A stretch of 30,632 nucleotides of DNA from Candidatus Hermodarchaeota archaeon (lineage in GTDB: Archaea > Asgardarchaeota > Lokiarchaeia > Sigyniarchaeales > SOKP01). The notes below the pieces were generated by a model. It was not told where the DNA came from and made no database searches. It saw only the letters and a list, made by a program, of their open reading frames with translations. The stretch lies in contig JBHLLP010000041.1 in the NCBI GenBank assembly GCA_048885525.1, positions 1 through 30,632 of the forward strand, in the 5' to 3' direction. Shown here in pieces: positions 1-9,461 of this stretch. The position numbers and the translations under genes are program-made. Within the stretch, counting starts at the first letter, position 1. Each line of letters begins with the position of its first letter.

Positions 1-271
1 CTTCTATAGATTTTTCACCATAAGGTACTGATTTCAAAATTTTTTTTTCATTTACGTTTTCTGGATATGGTGCGCCAATTTTTATATGGACCTTCATTCT
101 TAATAAATCATTTGGTTCTTTCAGACCATATATTTCACTTAAACCAATTAAACAGTTATTAGAAATTGCATTTTTAACTGCTTTTATAGAAGCATTGGTG
201 CAATCATTATTATACCTGTGCTGGTCAACTCCCATACCGAGCTGGTTTATAAAAACTCTTTCTTTATTCAT
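1..271 (-). CDS. Lin0512 family protein (partial, runs off window start)
   Basis: Not in ORF track. Manual translation from ATG at 271: MNKERVFINQLGMGVDQHRYNNDCTNASIKAVKNAISNNCLIGLSEIYG...KVHIKIGAPYPENVNEKKILKSVPYGEKSIE. Matches the Lin0512-family pattern GMGVDQH..D.T.A...AV..AI...LPYG. Confidence 0.75.
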   Translation of the reverse strand, partial: MNKERVFINQLGMGVDQHRYNNDCTNASIKAVKNAISNNCLIGLSEIYGLKEPNDLLRMKVHIKIGAPYPENVNEKKILKSVPYGEKSIE

Positions 272-382
272 TATCGCATCAATTCGAAGAGATAATTAAA
301 GATTAAACTATTATATAATATTAAATGTCAAATATTATTAATAAAAATACAATGAAAGATTAAAAGAAATTGGTATAAGTTC

Positions 383-1057
383 ATGAATCTAAATTTAATG
401 AATAAGAGGATCTATCTTCTCGCCCTTTCAGGGATTATATTATACATAGTACTTATCGTTATAGCCATGTTTACTTATCCGGGTGGTATAAGAGATAACA
501 TATCAATTGTTGGATATTCATTTTGGGGGAATACATTTAGTGATTTAGGTAGGGTTACTGCCTGGAATGGTGATCCTAATCCAATCTCCATGATACTTTT
601 TTCCTTCGCTTATGGTATCCATGCTACTACAATGATTTTCTTTTATCTGGTGTTTATGCAGAAATTTGAAGGAGAAAAATTAGAAGGCAAAACTTGCAAA
701 ATAGGATCTTTTTTTGGAGTTTTGTCATCAATAGCTATAATCGGAATTATATTTACACCAGCAGATATTTTTTATGTCCCTCATTGGATCTTTGTATTTA
801 TTGGATACCCATCTATATTTCTCATGGGTCTTTTCTATTCAATAACATTATTCTTAAGCAACTATTTTTCTAAGAATTTTAGTTATATATTTACTATATG
901 TCTTATTGTATTCTTTGTAGCTTTATTGGTAGGGTTAATAGGAATATCTATTAGTCGTACAATAATGGTGATAGGACAAAAAATTATGAGGATTGCTTTA
1001 CTAATCGATTTAAGTATTTTAATCTATGGAGCTTGGAAATTAGAAGAAAAAAAATAA
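383..1057 (+). CDS. Polytopic membrane protein, DUF998-like
   Basis: About 6 hydrophobic segments. YPGG and YSFWGNTFSDLG motifs near the N-terminus, and a His after a TM segment (D....PH), as in DUF998/Frag1-like proteins. Confidence 0.6.
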   Translation: MNLNLMNKRIYLLALSGIILYIVLIVIAMFTYPGGIRDNISIVGYSFWGNTFSDLGRVTAWNGDPNPISMILFSFAYGIHATTMIFFYLVFMQKFEGEKLEGKTCKIGSFFGVLSSIAIIGIIFTPADIFYVPHWIFVFIGYPSIFLMGLFYSITLFLSNYFSKNFSYIFTICLIVFFVALLVGLIGISISRTIMVIGQKIMRIALLIDLSILIYGAWKLEEKK

Positions 1058-1140
1058 TGAATCTTAAAAATTAAATTTTGTTTCTTATTTTTAACTTTAA
1101 TTTATACTATTTGAGTATATTATTTTTTATTAAGAAAGAG

Positions 1141-2265
1141 ATGAAGACTATGGTTAAGGAAAATAAGAATCTGTATGAAATTGATAATTCTGTTTACAAA
1201 CGTTTTAAACAGAAAAATAATATGTTATTCAGAAGATTATGGGATAAAGCTTTACCAACTTACCAAAAAATGATTGATACAAACATCGAAAAACATATAG
1301 AATCTAAGAAAGAGGGTTATTCAAGGATAGATTTTGCTTTAGTTACAGCTGGCTGGACAATATATGAAATGTTCCCTTATGCTTTTACCTGGGAAAGGAA
1401 AGATTTGGTGGATATTGGTTATGGAGTAAATTGGATGAGATCTAAACATATTTTTGAAGATTTAGATAATTTTACACTAACTGTAAAAAAAGCAGCAAAA
1501 TTTTATGGCGCATCAATAGTAGGAATAGCAGATGTCAATGAAAAATGGATATATAAAACAGGATTTGTAAGGCCCGAGCAAGCTAGTGAAGCTGAAGCAA
1601 AGCAAGAAGTTCGTAAAGGAAAAGCAGCAGATTCCACTTACGATCAACCTATAGAATTACCAGAGGGAATAGACAAAGTAATAGTAATGGGAGTAGAGAT
1701 GGATGTAGATGCAATTTCAACAGCCCCAGCCCAACCAGCAGCAGCAGCTTCGTCTATTGCTTATTCTAAAATGGCATTTATTATATCATGTTTAGGAGAA
1801 TTTATTAGAAATTTAGGATATAGGGCTATTCAATGTGGTAACGATACTGCGCTTAGTATACCGTTGGCAATTGATGCTGGACTTGGTGCCTTAGGTAGGA
1901 ATGGATTATTACTTACTCCCGAATTTGGTCCAAGAGTTCGTATTTGTAAGGTCTTTACAGATTTACCATTAATTTCTGATGTACCAAACCAAGAATTCAT
2001 TGAAAAAATTAAAAACTTTTGTAAAACCTGTTTTAAGTGTGCCAAGGCTTGTGAAACTGATGCAATTAGCGAAGAGGAGAATCCTACATTTGAATCACCA
2101 ACAATTTCTAACAATCCCGGGATTGAAAAATATTATGTTAATGTAGAAAAATGTTTTGAATTTTGGGTTGAAAATTCTAGTGATTGTGGCAAATGTATTA
2201 TGGTATGTCCTTTTTCCAAAATCAAAGAATTTTTATCCCCTTTAGAATTTTGGAACAAAACTTAA
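1141..2265 (+). CDS. Reductive dehalogenase (RdhA)-like cobalamin / 2x[4Fe-4S] protein, no Tat signal
   Basis: Motifs KKAAKFYGASIVGI, AYSKM, FIRNLGYRA, SIPLAIDAGLG, GRNGLLLTPEFGPRVR..KVFTDLPL. Fe-S motifs CKTCFKCAKAC and C-x10-CGKCIMVCP. The start is more likely ATG 1141 or 1150 than TTG 1078. Confidence 0.85.
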   Translation: MKTMVKENKNLYEIDNSVYKRFKQKNNMLFRRLWDKALPTYQKMIDTNIEKHIESKKEGYSRIDFALVTAGWTIYEMFPYAFTWERKDLVDIGYGVNWMRSKHIFEDLDNFTLTVKKAAKFYGASIVGIADVNEKWIYKTGFVRPEQASEAEAKQEVRKGKAADSTYDQPIELPEGIDKVIVMGVEMDVDAISTAPAQPAAAASSIAYSKMAFIISCLGEFIRNLGYRAIQCGNDTALSIPLAIDAGLGALGRNGLLLTPEFGPRVRICKVFTDLPLISDVPNQEFIEKIKNFCKTCFKCAKACETDAISEEENPTFESPTISNNPGIEKYYVNVEKCFEFWVENSSDCGKCIMVCPFSKIKEFLSPLEFWNKT

Positions 2266-2327
2266 ACTTCAGATTGAATTATAAGAAATTCAATAGTAAT
2301 TCATATAATTTTAAATGATAAATTATA

Positions 2328-3374
2328 ATGGAGAAAGTTAAAGTAGGTATAATTGGTACGGGTTTTAGTGCAAAAGATCATCTTAATGCCTATAAATTAG
2401 TTCCAAATGTAGAAATCGTTGGAATCGCGGGGACTTCATTAGAAAAAGCAAAAACTTTTAAGAAGAAGTGGAATATTCCGGGTAAACCATTTGGAAATTA
2501 TGAAGATTTGTTGAAACTCGAATGTAACGCAATATCTGTATGTCTTCCTAATTTTTTACATAAAGATGTTACTATGGATGTTTTAAATTCGGGAATACAT
2601 GCGCTTGTTGAAAAACCATTGGCAAGAAATACAAAAGAAGGAGAAGAAATGTTAGATACAGAGAAATCATCAAATAGAAAGATATTTTATTGTGAGAATA
2701 ATATGTATGCTCCTTCATTTAGTAAAGTAAAAGAAATTATTGATGAGGGCGCCCTTGGAACTATATATATGGGGAGAGGAAAAGAACAACATTCTGGACC
2801 TCATTCGGAATGGTTTTATAAAAAGGATAAAGCTGGGGGGGGTGCATTGATAGATTTAGGTATTCATAATGTTGCTTGTTTAGTCTGGTACTTAAATTGC
2901 GATGTTTCAGAAGTATTTTGCCAAACCAAGACCATTATTCCTAGCAGAAAAGAATTTGGGGAATGTGAAGTTGAGGATAATGCAGTAGGAATACTCTATT
3001 TTGAAAATGATGCACAAATTATTATCGAGGAATCTTGGACTGCTCCAGGAGGTTATGATATGAGGTTTGAATTATTTGGCACTACTGGTCATATTAAGGC
3101 AGCACCAACATTCAGCAACTTAATTAGTGTATATAGTGAAAAAGGATTTGGTTATGCCGTTGAAAAAGCATCAACAACTAAAGGTTGGACATTTCCAGTT
3201 CCAGAAGAAGCATGGTCTTTTGGTTATCAACAAGAGATCAGCCATTTTATTGATTGCATAATTCAAAATAAAAAGCCATTGACAGATGGAAAGTATGGTC
3301 AAAAAATACTTCAAATAGTTGAAACAATGTATAATAGCGCTGAAACTAAAAAGATTGAAGAGGTAACTCAATAA
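2328..3374 (+). CDS. Gfo/Idh/MocA family NAD(P)-dependent oxidoreductase
   Basis: N-terminal Rossmann motif VGIIGTG, plus HALVEKPLA and GGGALIDLGIH. Confidence 0.92.
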   Translation: MEKVKVGIIGTGFSAKDHLNAYKLVPNVEIVGIAGTSLEKAKTFKKKWNIPGKPFGNYEDLLKLECNAISVCLPNFLHKDVTMDVLNSGIHALVEKPLARNTKEGEEMLDTEKSSNRKIFYCENNMYAPSFSKVKEIIDEGALGTIYMGRGKEQHSGPHSEWFYKKDKAGGGALIDLGIHNVACLVWYLNCDVSEVFCQTKTIIPSRKEFGECEVEDNAVGILYFENDAQIIIEESWTAPGGYDMRFELFGTTGHIKAAPTFSNLISVYSEKGFGYAVEKASTTKGWTFPVPEEAWSFGYQQEISHFIDCIIQNKKPLTDGKYGQKILQIVETMYNSAETKKIEEVTQ

Positions 3375-3447
3375 CGATTCTCTTAATAATAAATTTTTCA
3401 AAAGAAGAAAGGAAAAGAAAATGAAATTTTTTTATTTAATATTGTTT

Positions 3448-3798
3448 TTACTCACCTTTATACCAAGAACGTTGAGATTTTCTAAGCGTTTCAGGCATGT
3501 CTTCATAAGGTGAAATTTCTTCTAAAAGTTCACATTCAACACCATAACGTAGGTTAGTTTTAGGGTGCACGTAGCCCGTTTTTGATATTCCATTAGCGGC
3601 TCTTAACGCAGTACGACGCACTATTAATGAGGCACCTTTAATATAAAAATATCTCCATTTTTTTTCATCAATCAATTCCATGAAAATCCCTTCATTCATA
3701 TCTGCCTCGGATTCGATAGGCATAAACTGACTAGAGTCATCATTCCATTTCAGCATAAAATTGTCTTTTTTTTCAGTCATTCTTTTCCCAAAATCCAT
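3448..3798 (-). CDS. Hypothetical protein, possible single gelsolin-like domain
   Basis: Clean 116-aa ORF with a TATA box about 33 nt upstream. IFMELIDEKKWRYFYIKGASLIVRRTALRAANGISK resembles the strand-strand-long helix core of gelsolin repeats. The fold call is tentative. Confidence 0.45.
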   Translation of the reverse strand: MDFGKRMTEKKDNFMLKWNDDSSQFMPIESEADMNEGIFMELIDEKKWRYFYIKGASLIVRRTALRAANGISKTGYVHPKTNLRYGVECELLEEISPYEDMPETLRKSQRSWYKGE

Positions 3799-3831
3799 TT
3801 TTTAGGTTATATGAAATTTATTTGATAGATT

Positions 3832-3839
3832 TTTATAAA
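3832..3839 (-). promoter_or_regulatory. Archaeal TATA box for 3448..3798
   Basis: TTTATAAA about 33 nt upstream of ATG 3798. The AT-rich background weakens this. Confidence 0.4.
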
Positions 3840-3886
3840 TTTTTAACATTTTTTTAAAAATATTATAAAATTAATATTATTTAATC

Positions 3887-5092
3887 TTATTTTAACGATT
3901 TAATATATTCAACCATCCAATCTAGTTTCTTTTTTGATGCTAGAAGAGTTTCATGAGGAAATTCTATATTTCTAGAATATATATCTGAAACAACAGGAAA
4001 ATTCTTATCATCACTTCTCTCTCTTCCCCAATTAGCTTTGCTATAATCAATCCCTTTCTTTAGTTTTATATTTTTAAAGCAATCTAATCTATGTAAGGGA
4101 GGATAACAATCGTCCGTTGGAATTCCATTCCTATTCAACTTTTTATAAAACTCCATTTTAGTTATCTCTCCAAATTGTGAAGGATCAAATATTATTGGAT
4201 ATATATAATATCCACATTCTTCAGTTCCAGGTGTTAGTTTCATTATTTGAATACCATCAATTTCATTTAATTTTTTTCCTAAATATCGAGCATTTTCATT
4301 TCTTAATATATGTTGTTTTGGGAACTTTTCTAACTGTTTTCGAAGTAAAGCAGCATGAAATTCACCCAATCTATAGTTAGTTCCGTAGGTATAATGGGCA
4401 TAAGAATAACCATTCCTTTTTCTCCCACAATCAATATATGAATAGATCTTATCAGCTAAATCAGTAGAATTACATATAATTGCGCCACCTTCTCCACTTG
4501 TTATAATTTTTGAAGCTTGAAAACTAAAGGTTCCAGCAACACCCCAATTACCTACTCTTTTTCCTTTATAACGAGAACCATGGGCATGGGCACAATCTTC
4601 TATAATATAAAGATCATTTTTATTCGCGATCTCTAATAATTTGTCTAATTCGACTGGATTTCCACCCAAATGTACAGGTATAATTGCTTTGGTTCTTTCT
4701 GTAATTAATGATTCAACTTTATTGATATCCATCACGAGAGTATCAGGATCAATATCACAAAAGATAGGTACTGCATTTGTTGCTATTACTGCTGAAGCAG
4801 AAGCGACAAAAGTATAATCTGAGACAATTACTTCATCTCCTAGACCAATATCTAAAGCCATCAGTACCGATTCTATAGCCACAGTTCCATTGCACACTGC
4901 AATGCAATGATTTGCTTCTTGAAATCGAGCAAATTCTTCTTGGAATCTCCAGATATTTTCACCTGCATGATCTTCAGGAAAGCCACCCCACCAATTAAGT
5001 GATTTTATTACATCTCTTAAAGCAAAGACGTCACTTTTATCATATATGGGCCATTTAGGAAATTTCTTTTTTGCGTCTTGTTTAAATGACAT
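3887..5092 (-). CDS. DegT/DnrJ/EryC1/StrS PLP-dependent sugar or cyclitol aminotransferase (RifK/BtrR-like)
   Basis: Motifs NGTVA, GDEVIV..YTFVAS, IEDCAHAHG and FSFQASKIITSGEGG (PLP lysine), GTNYRL. Confidence 0.92.
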   Translation of the reverse strand: MSFKQDAKKKFPKWPIYDKSDVFALRDVIKSLNWWGGFPEDHAGENIWRFQEEFARFQEANHCIAVCNGTVAIESVLMALDIGLGDEVIVSDYTFVASASAVIATNAVPIFCDIDPDTLVMDINKVESLITERTKAIIPVHLGGNPVELDKLLEIANKNDLYIIEDCAHAHGSRYKGKRVGNWGVAGTFSFQASKIITSGEGGAIICNSTDLADKIYSYIDCGRKRNGYSYAHYTYGTNYRLGEFHAALLRKQLEKFPKQHILRNENARYLGKKLNEIDGIQIMKLTPGTEECGYYIYPIIFDPSQFGEITKMEFYKKLNRNGIPTDDCYPPLHRLDCFKNIKLKKGIDYSKANWGRERSDDKNFPVVSDIYSRNIEFPHETLLASKKKLDWMVEYIKSLK

Positions 5093-5217
5093 AATTCAAT
5101 AAAACCCTAATTCAAATACATAAATTTTATGAGCTATTTTAGATATATTTATTAAAACAGATAAAAGTTACATTCAACTTAGAAATTAACGCAAAAGAAT
5201 TTTTTATAATTTTAAAA

Positions 5218-6927
5218 ATGATTGTTATAGATAAAAGATCATTAGCTCATCTTTTGAAGGAATATATCTCAGATCTAAAAATGGAAGAAATAGAAGCATT
5301 AATAGAAATACCTCCTCCGGAATTTGATTATGCTTATGCATTTCCTTGTTTTAAACTTTCAAAAATTTATAAAAAGAAACCAAATTTAATAGCTCAGGAA
5401 TTGAAAGATAATATTGAATTCCCAGAATTTATTAATAATATCGATGCTGTAGGACCATACTTAAACTTTACAATTAAACCAAAATATATTCTTGAGAGTA
5501 TCTTTAAATTAAAGAATGATTATGGAAGGATAAGAGATATTTTAGAAAAGCCTAAAGAACTAAGAATAGTAGTTGAATATCCCTCACCAAACACTAATAA
5601 ACCAATTCATTTTGGTCATATTAGAAATATTTTACTAGGCAAATCGCTTTCTAATTTACTTGAATATAAGGGACATAAAGTTTTTCAAGTAAACTTATAT
5701 AATAATCGTGGAATTCATATTTGTAAAAGTATGCTAGCATATAAAAAATGGGGAAATAATAAGGAACCAAATAAAAAGAGTGATCATTATGTTGGAGATT
5801 TTTATGTAAAATATAGTGATATGGTAGAAAAAGATCCAACTCTTGAGAAACAAGCTTATGATTTATTAAGATCATGGGAAAATGGTGATGAGGAAACTTT
5901 AAAATTATGGAAAAGAATGAATGATTGGGCTTTAGAAGGTTTTAGGGGCACATTTAAAAAATTTAGTATTTCTTTTGATAAAGAATATTTTGAATCAGAT
6001 TTATATCTTAAAGGAAAAGAGATTATTCTAGATGGTGTAAAGAATGGGATATTCGAAAAAACTAAAGATGGAGCCATATTTGTAAGATTTTCAGATAAAT
6101 ATGATCTACCCGATAAATTCTTAATCCGGAGTGATGGAACTTCAATTTATATTACTCAAGATATTTATCTCGCTTATAAAAAAAAAGAAGATTTTGATTA
6201 TGATAGATCAATTTATATCGTGGCGGATGAACAACTTCAACATTTTAAATGGTTATTTGCCATATTAGATATGTTAGGTTTTAAAGAAGATAATTACCAT
6301 CTCTCTTACGGAATGATTGATTTACCTAGTGGGAAAATGAAATCACGAGAGGGGACTGTAGTAGATGGAGATGATGTTATCGAGGAGGTAGAAAATTTAG
6401 CATTAAATGAAGTTAATAAAAGATACCCAGATTTAAGTGATAACGAGAGGAAAAAAAGAGCTGAAAAAATAGGTTTAGCTGCAGTGATATTTTATATTTT
6501 GAAATATAATCCTGCTAAAGGTTTTATTTTTAGACCAGATGAGAGTATTTCTTTCGAAGGAGAAACAGGTCCTTATATTCAATATTGTTATGCGAGGATT
6601 GCGTCAATAATTTCAAAAACTGAGAGGGAAATCAGTACAGACATCAATTGGGATTTATTATCTCATGAAAAAGAGATTTTTTTAATAAAGCAGTTAGTTT
6701 ATTTCCCTGAAATTATTGATGCTTCTGAAAAAACCTATAATATTCATTTAATCCCGCAATACCTTCTTAGTCTATGTCAAGCATTCAATTCATTTTATAC
6801 TTCTTGTCAAGTAATTTCTGAGAATATAGAATTAGAAAAGGCTAGATTATTATTAATTTATTGTGTTCAAATTATTATTAAAGAGGGATTAGATATCTTA
6901 GGAATTGAAACTTTAGAAAAAATGTAA
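5218..6927 (+). CDS. argS: Arginyl-tRNA synthetase
   Basis: EYPSPNTNKPIHFGHIRN (HIGH), RSDGTSIYITQD, GKMKSREG, FEGETGPYIQY.YAR and C-terminal LGIETLEKM. Confidence 0.97.
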   Translation: MIVIDKRSLAHLLKEYISDLKMEEIEALIEIPPPEFDYAYAFPCFKLSKIYKKKPNLIAQELKDNIEFPEFINNIDAVGPYLNFTIKPKYILESIFKLKNDYGRIRDILEKPKELRIVVEYPSPNTNKPIHFGHIRNILLGKSLSNLLEYKGHKVFQVNLYNNRGIHICKSMLAYKKWGNNKEPNKKSDHYVGDFYVKYSDMVEKDPTLEKQAYDLLRSWENGDEETLKLWKRMNDWALEGFRGTFKKFSISFDKEYFESDLYLKGKEIILDGVKNGIFEKTKDGAIFVRFSDKYDLPDKFLIRSDGTSIYITQDIYLAYKKKEDFDYDRSIYIVADEQLQHFKWLFAILDMLGFKEDNYHLSYGMIDLPSGKMKSREGTVVDGDDVIEEVENLALNEVNKRYPDLSDNERKKRAEKIGLAAVIFYILKYNPAKGFIFRPDESISFEGETGPYIQYCYARIASIISKTEREISTDINWDLLSHEKEIFLIKQLVYFPEIIDASEKTYNIHLIPQYLLSLCQAFNSFYTSCQVISENIELEKARLLLIYCVQIIIKEGLDILGIETLEKM

Positions 6928-6957
6928 GATTTGTAACTTAAGAGGAGAGAATCTCAA

Positions 6958-7854
6958 ATGAATTTTTTTGAATTTGGTGATATTGTCAATGAAGACACTC
7001 AATTTGTAATATTTGGCATACCTTGGGATTATTTAACTTCTATAGATTTACCAAATTCATCAATCGCTCCAGAAAGAATTAGAAATGTGACAAATGACAT
7101 TGGTTGGACAACAGAATCGGGAGATCCCATTAATAAGTTTAAAGTAGCGGATGTAGGCGATATTCCTATTGAAAAATACAATATAGAGAAAAATCTTATA
7201 GGAATCAATAATTACTTAAATGATTTATACACAAAAAATGAAAAAGTTATTCCTATTATGATGGGTGGAGACCATTTTTGCTCGTTCCCCGTTATTAAAG
7301 CTGTAGGCAATCATTTTAACAAGAAAGAAGAATTTGGGGTTCTTATTTTTGATGCACATTTAGATTTTTACCAAGAATGGGATAAAGGTGTGTATTCACA
7401 TGCAACTTTAAGTCATAGAATATTTGATTTAGATTATATTAATAATAAGAATCTATTCATAGTGGGAGTTAGAGATATTGATATCCCGGAGTTAGAATTA
7501 GTAAAACAAGAAGAACTTAAATATCTTAGTGCTCACCAGTTGTCAGAGGGACTTAATAATTACATTGAAAAAATAATTAAGTTTTTCAAAAAATCAGGTA
7601 TTAAATATTTGTATCTATCTATAGATATTGATGCTTTAGACCCTTCTGTTGCTCCAGGTACTGGTTTTGCAATGCCTGGTGGATTTACTTATCGTGAATT
7701 ATGGAACATATTGAAGTCTATAACCAAAAATTTTGAGATAATTGGATTTGATCTTGTTGAAGTCGCTCCAAATTTAGATTTAAAAAATAAGATGACATGT
7801 AATTTAGCTGCAAAATTGATTATCGAACTCATTTCTTTTATTTCATTTAGATAA
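6958..7854 (+). CDS. speB: Agmatinase (ureohydrolase family)
   Basis: Motifs GIPWD, GGDH, DAHLD, SIDIDALDPSVAPGTG and DLVEVAP. SD-like AGAGGAG upstream. Confidence 0.88.
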   Translation: MNFFEFGDIVNEDTQFVIFGIPWDYLTSIDLPNSSIAPERIRNVTNDIGWTTESGDPINKFKVADVGDIPIEKYNIEKNLIGINNYLNDLYTKNEKVIPIMMGGDHFCSFPVIKAVGNHFNKKEEFGVLIFDAHLDFYQEWDKGVYSHATLSHRIFDLDYINNKNLFIVGVRDIDIPELELVKQEELKYLSAHQLSEGLNNYIEKIIKFFKKSGIKYLYLSIDIDALDPSVAPGTGFAMPGGFTYRELWNILKSITKNFEIIGFDLVEVAPNLDLKNKMTCNLAAKLIIELISFISFR

Positions 7855-7860
7855 TAATTA

Positions 7861-8826
7861 ATGATTCAAATGCCAGATAAAGATTTTATAGAAATTTTAA
7901 AAAAAGTAAATCAATTCGAAATAAAAAATAATACAGATATTGTTGAATTGATAAACTCTTTAAAAGAAACAGGATTTAATGCAAAAAGGTTAGCTCTAGC
8001 TTGTGAAATCTACAACGAAATGATAAATAATCCAGATTGCGTTAAATTTTTTGGATTAGCTGGGGCGCTTGTTCCAGCTGGAATGCAAAGAGTAATTTAT
8101 GATTTTATAAAAGAAGGGTATATTGATATATTAGTTACCACAGGCGCAAATTTAACCCATGATCTTGCAGAAGCTTTGGGATATAAACATTTACAAGGAG
8201 ATATTGAATCGAGAATAACGAATGATAATTTTTTACATAAGGAACAAATCAACAGAATTTATGATGTGTTCATGCCTAATAAAGTATATGAGGGCATTGA
8301 AGATTTTGTATCAAAATTAGACATACCAGATAAAAAGATGTCTGTTAGTTCTTTTTTAAGATTTCTTGGAGAACAATTACCAAAAGATTCAAATTCAATT
8401 TTGAGAATATGTTATGAAATGCAAATTCCAATATTTTGCCCTGCTTTTACAGATTCGGGTTTAGCATTACAATTAGGATTTCATCATCAAAAAATAAACT
8501 TAAATCATTTTGCTGATATGCTAGAAATGGTTAATTTATCATGGGATGCTAAAGTAGCTGGTATATGCATTGTTGGAGGTGGTGTGCCTAAAAATTTTAT
8601 TATGCAATCATTACAATTCAGTCCAAACTCCGCTGCCTATGCTATTCAAATAACCATGGATCGCCCTGAGCCAGGAGGATTGAGTGGAGCTACTTTAAGA
8701 GAAGCTATCTCATGGGGTAAAATTAATGAAAAAGCAAAATTTTCAACGATAATTTCTGATGCTACAATAGCCCTACCTATAATATTATGGTTTTTAAAAA
8801 AATCTAATAATAAAACAAAATATTAG
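7861..8826 (+). CDS. dys: Deoxyhypusine synthase
   Basis: Motifs TGFNA, VTTGANLTHD, PAFTDSGL, GGGVPKN, GGLSGATLREAISWGK (catalytic Lys) and DATIALP. Confidence 0.95.
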   Translation: MIQMPDKDFIEILKKVNQFEIKNNTDIVELINSLKETGFNAKRLALACEIYNEMINNPDCVKFFGLAGALVPAGMQRVIYDFIKEGYIDILVTTGANLTHDLAEALGYKHLQGDIESRITNDNFLHKEQINRIYDVFMPNKVYEGIEDFVSKLDIPDKKMSVSSFLRFLGEQLPKDSNSILRICYEMQIPIFCPAFTDSGLALQLGFHHQKINLNHFADMLEMVNLSWDAKVAGICIVGGGVPKNFIMQSLQFSPNSAAYAIQITMDRPEPGGLSGATLREAISWGKINEKAKFSTIISDATIALPIILWFLKKSNNKTKY

Positions 8827-9284
8827 AATACTCCTTTTAATTTTTGATCAATAGTTTGTGTATCGCTTCCAAAAATTTTATCAAGTTTTTTTTTAAAATC
8901 CTTGAACTGAGATACTTCAGAAAGATTTTTTCCTGAATTCAATGTTTTAAATTCTTTTGAAACTTGTTTCAATAAGGGTTGAATGATTTTACGAATATAT
9001 TTTTCAATTCTTTTTTCCTTATCTAAAATAGCATAAGAAATTATAAGTTCAGGTTCAAAGCTATCCTCAGCAGTAATTTCATCATCAGTAAATGCAATAA
9101 CGAATTTCTTTCCCTCAAAATATTCTACTATATCTTTAGAAAAGGTTGATTGAGCAAAATTTAAAATTGCTGTGAGTAAACCGCTTCTCAGATCGGTATC
9201 AATTTTACCTTTTGAGGTTTTATGATAACTTTTTTTTACTAAAGTAAATCCTCTAAATAACAAGCCTGCTTCTCGAACAACCAT
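8823..9284 (-). CDS. Longin-like domain protein (Asgard type)
   Basis: Two N-terminal strands, then the helix DTDLRSGLLTAILNFAQSTF, three strands and two C-terminal helices: the longin beta-beta-alpha-beta-beta-beta-alpha-alpha pattern. Confidence 0.6.
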   Translation of the reverse strand: MVVREAGLLFRGFTLVKKSYHKTSKGKIDTDLRSGLLTAILNFAQSTFSKDIVEYFEGKKFVIAFTDDEITAEDSFEPELIISYAILDKEKRIEKYIRKIIQPLLKQVSKEFKTLNSGKNLSEVSQFKDFKKKLDKIFGSDTQTIDQKLKGVF

Positions 9285-9461
9285 TTTTAAGAATATTAAA
9301 TTAATTTATCTAATTTTTGAGGATTATTTTTCTTAATTTGTTATTACTTCAATATTTTAATTATAAAAGTTTTTAATAATAAATCCTTTGATTATCCAAC
9401 TAGTTGATTTAACTTTAGATATTTAATAAGGAATATTATTTATCAAATATTTTTTTTAGAT

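Noticed and set aside
1078-1140. TTG-initiated hydrophobic N-terminal extension of the dehalogenase as a signal peptide
   Set aside because: It is low-complexity AT-rich intergenic-like sequence with no twin-Arg motif. ATG 1141 or 1150 is more plausible.
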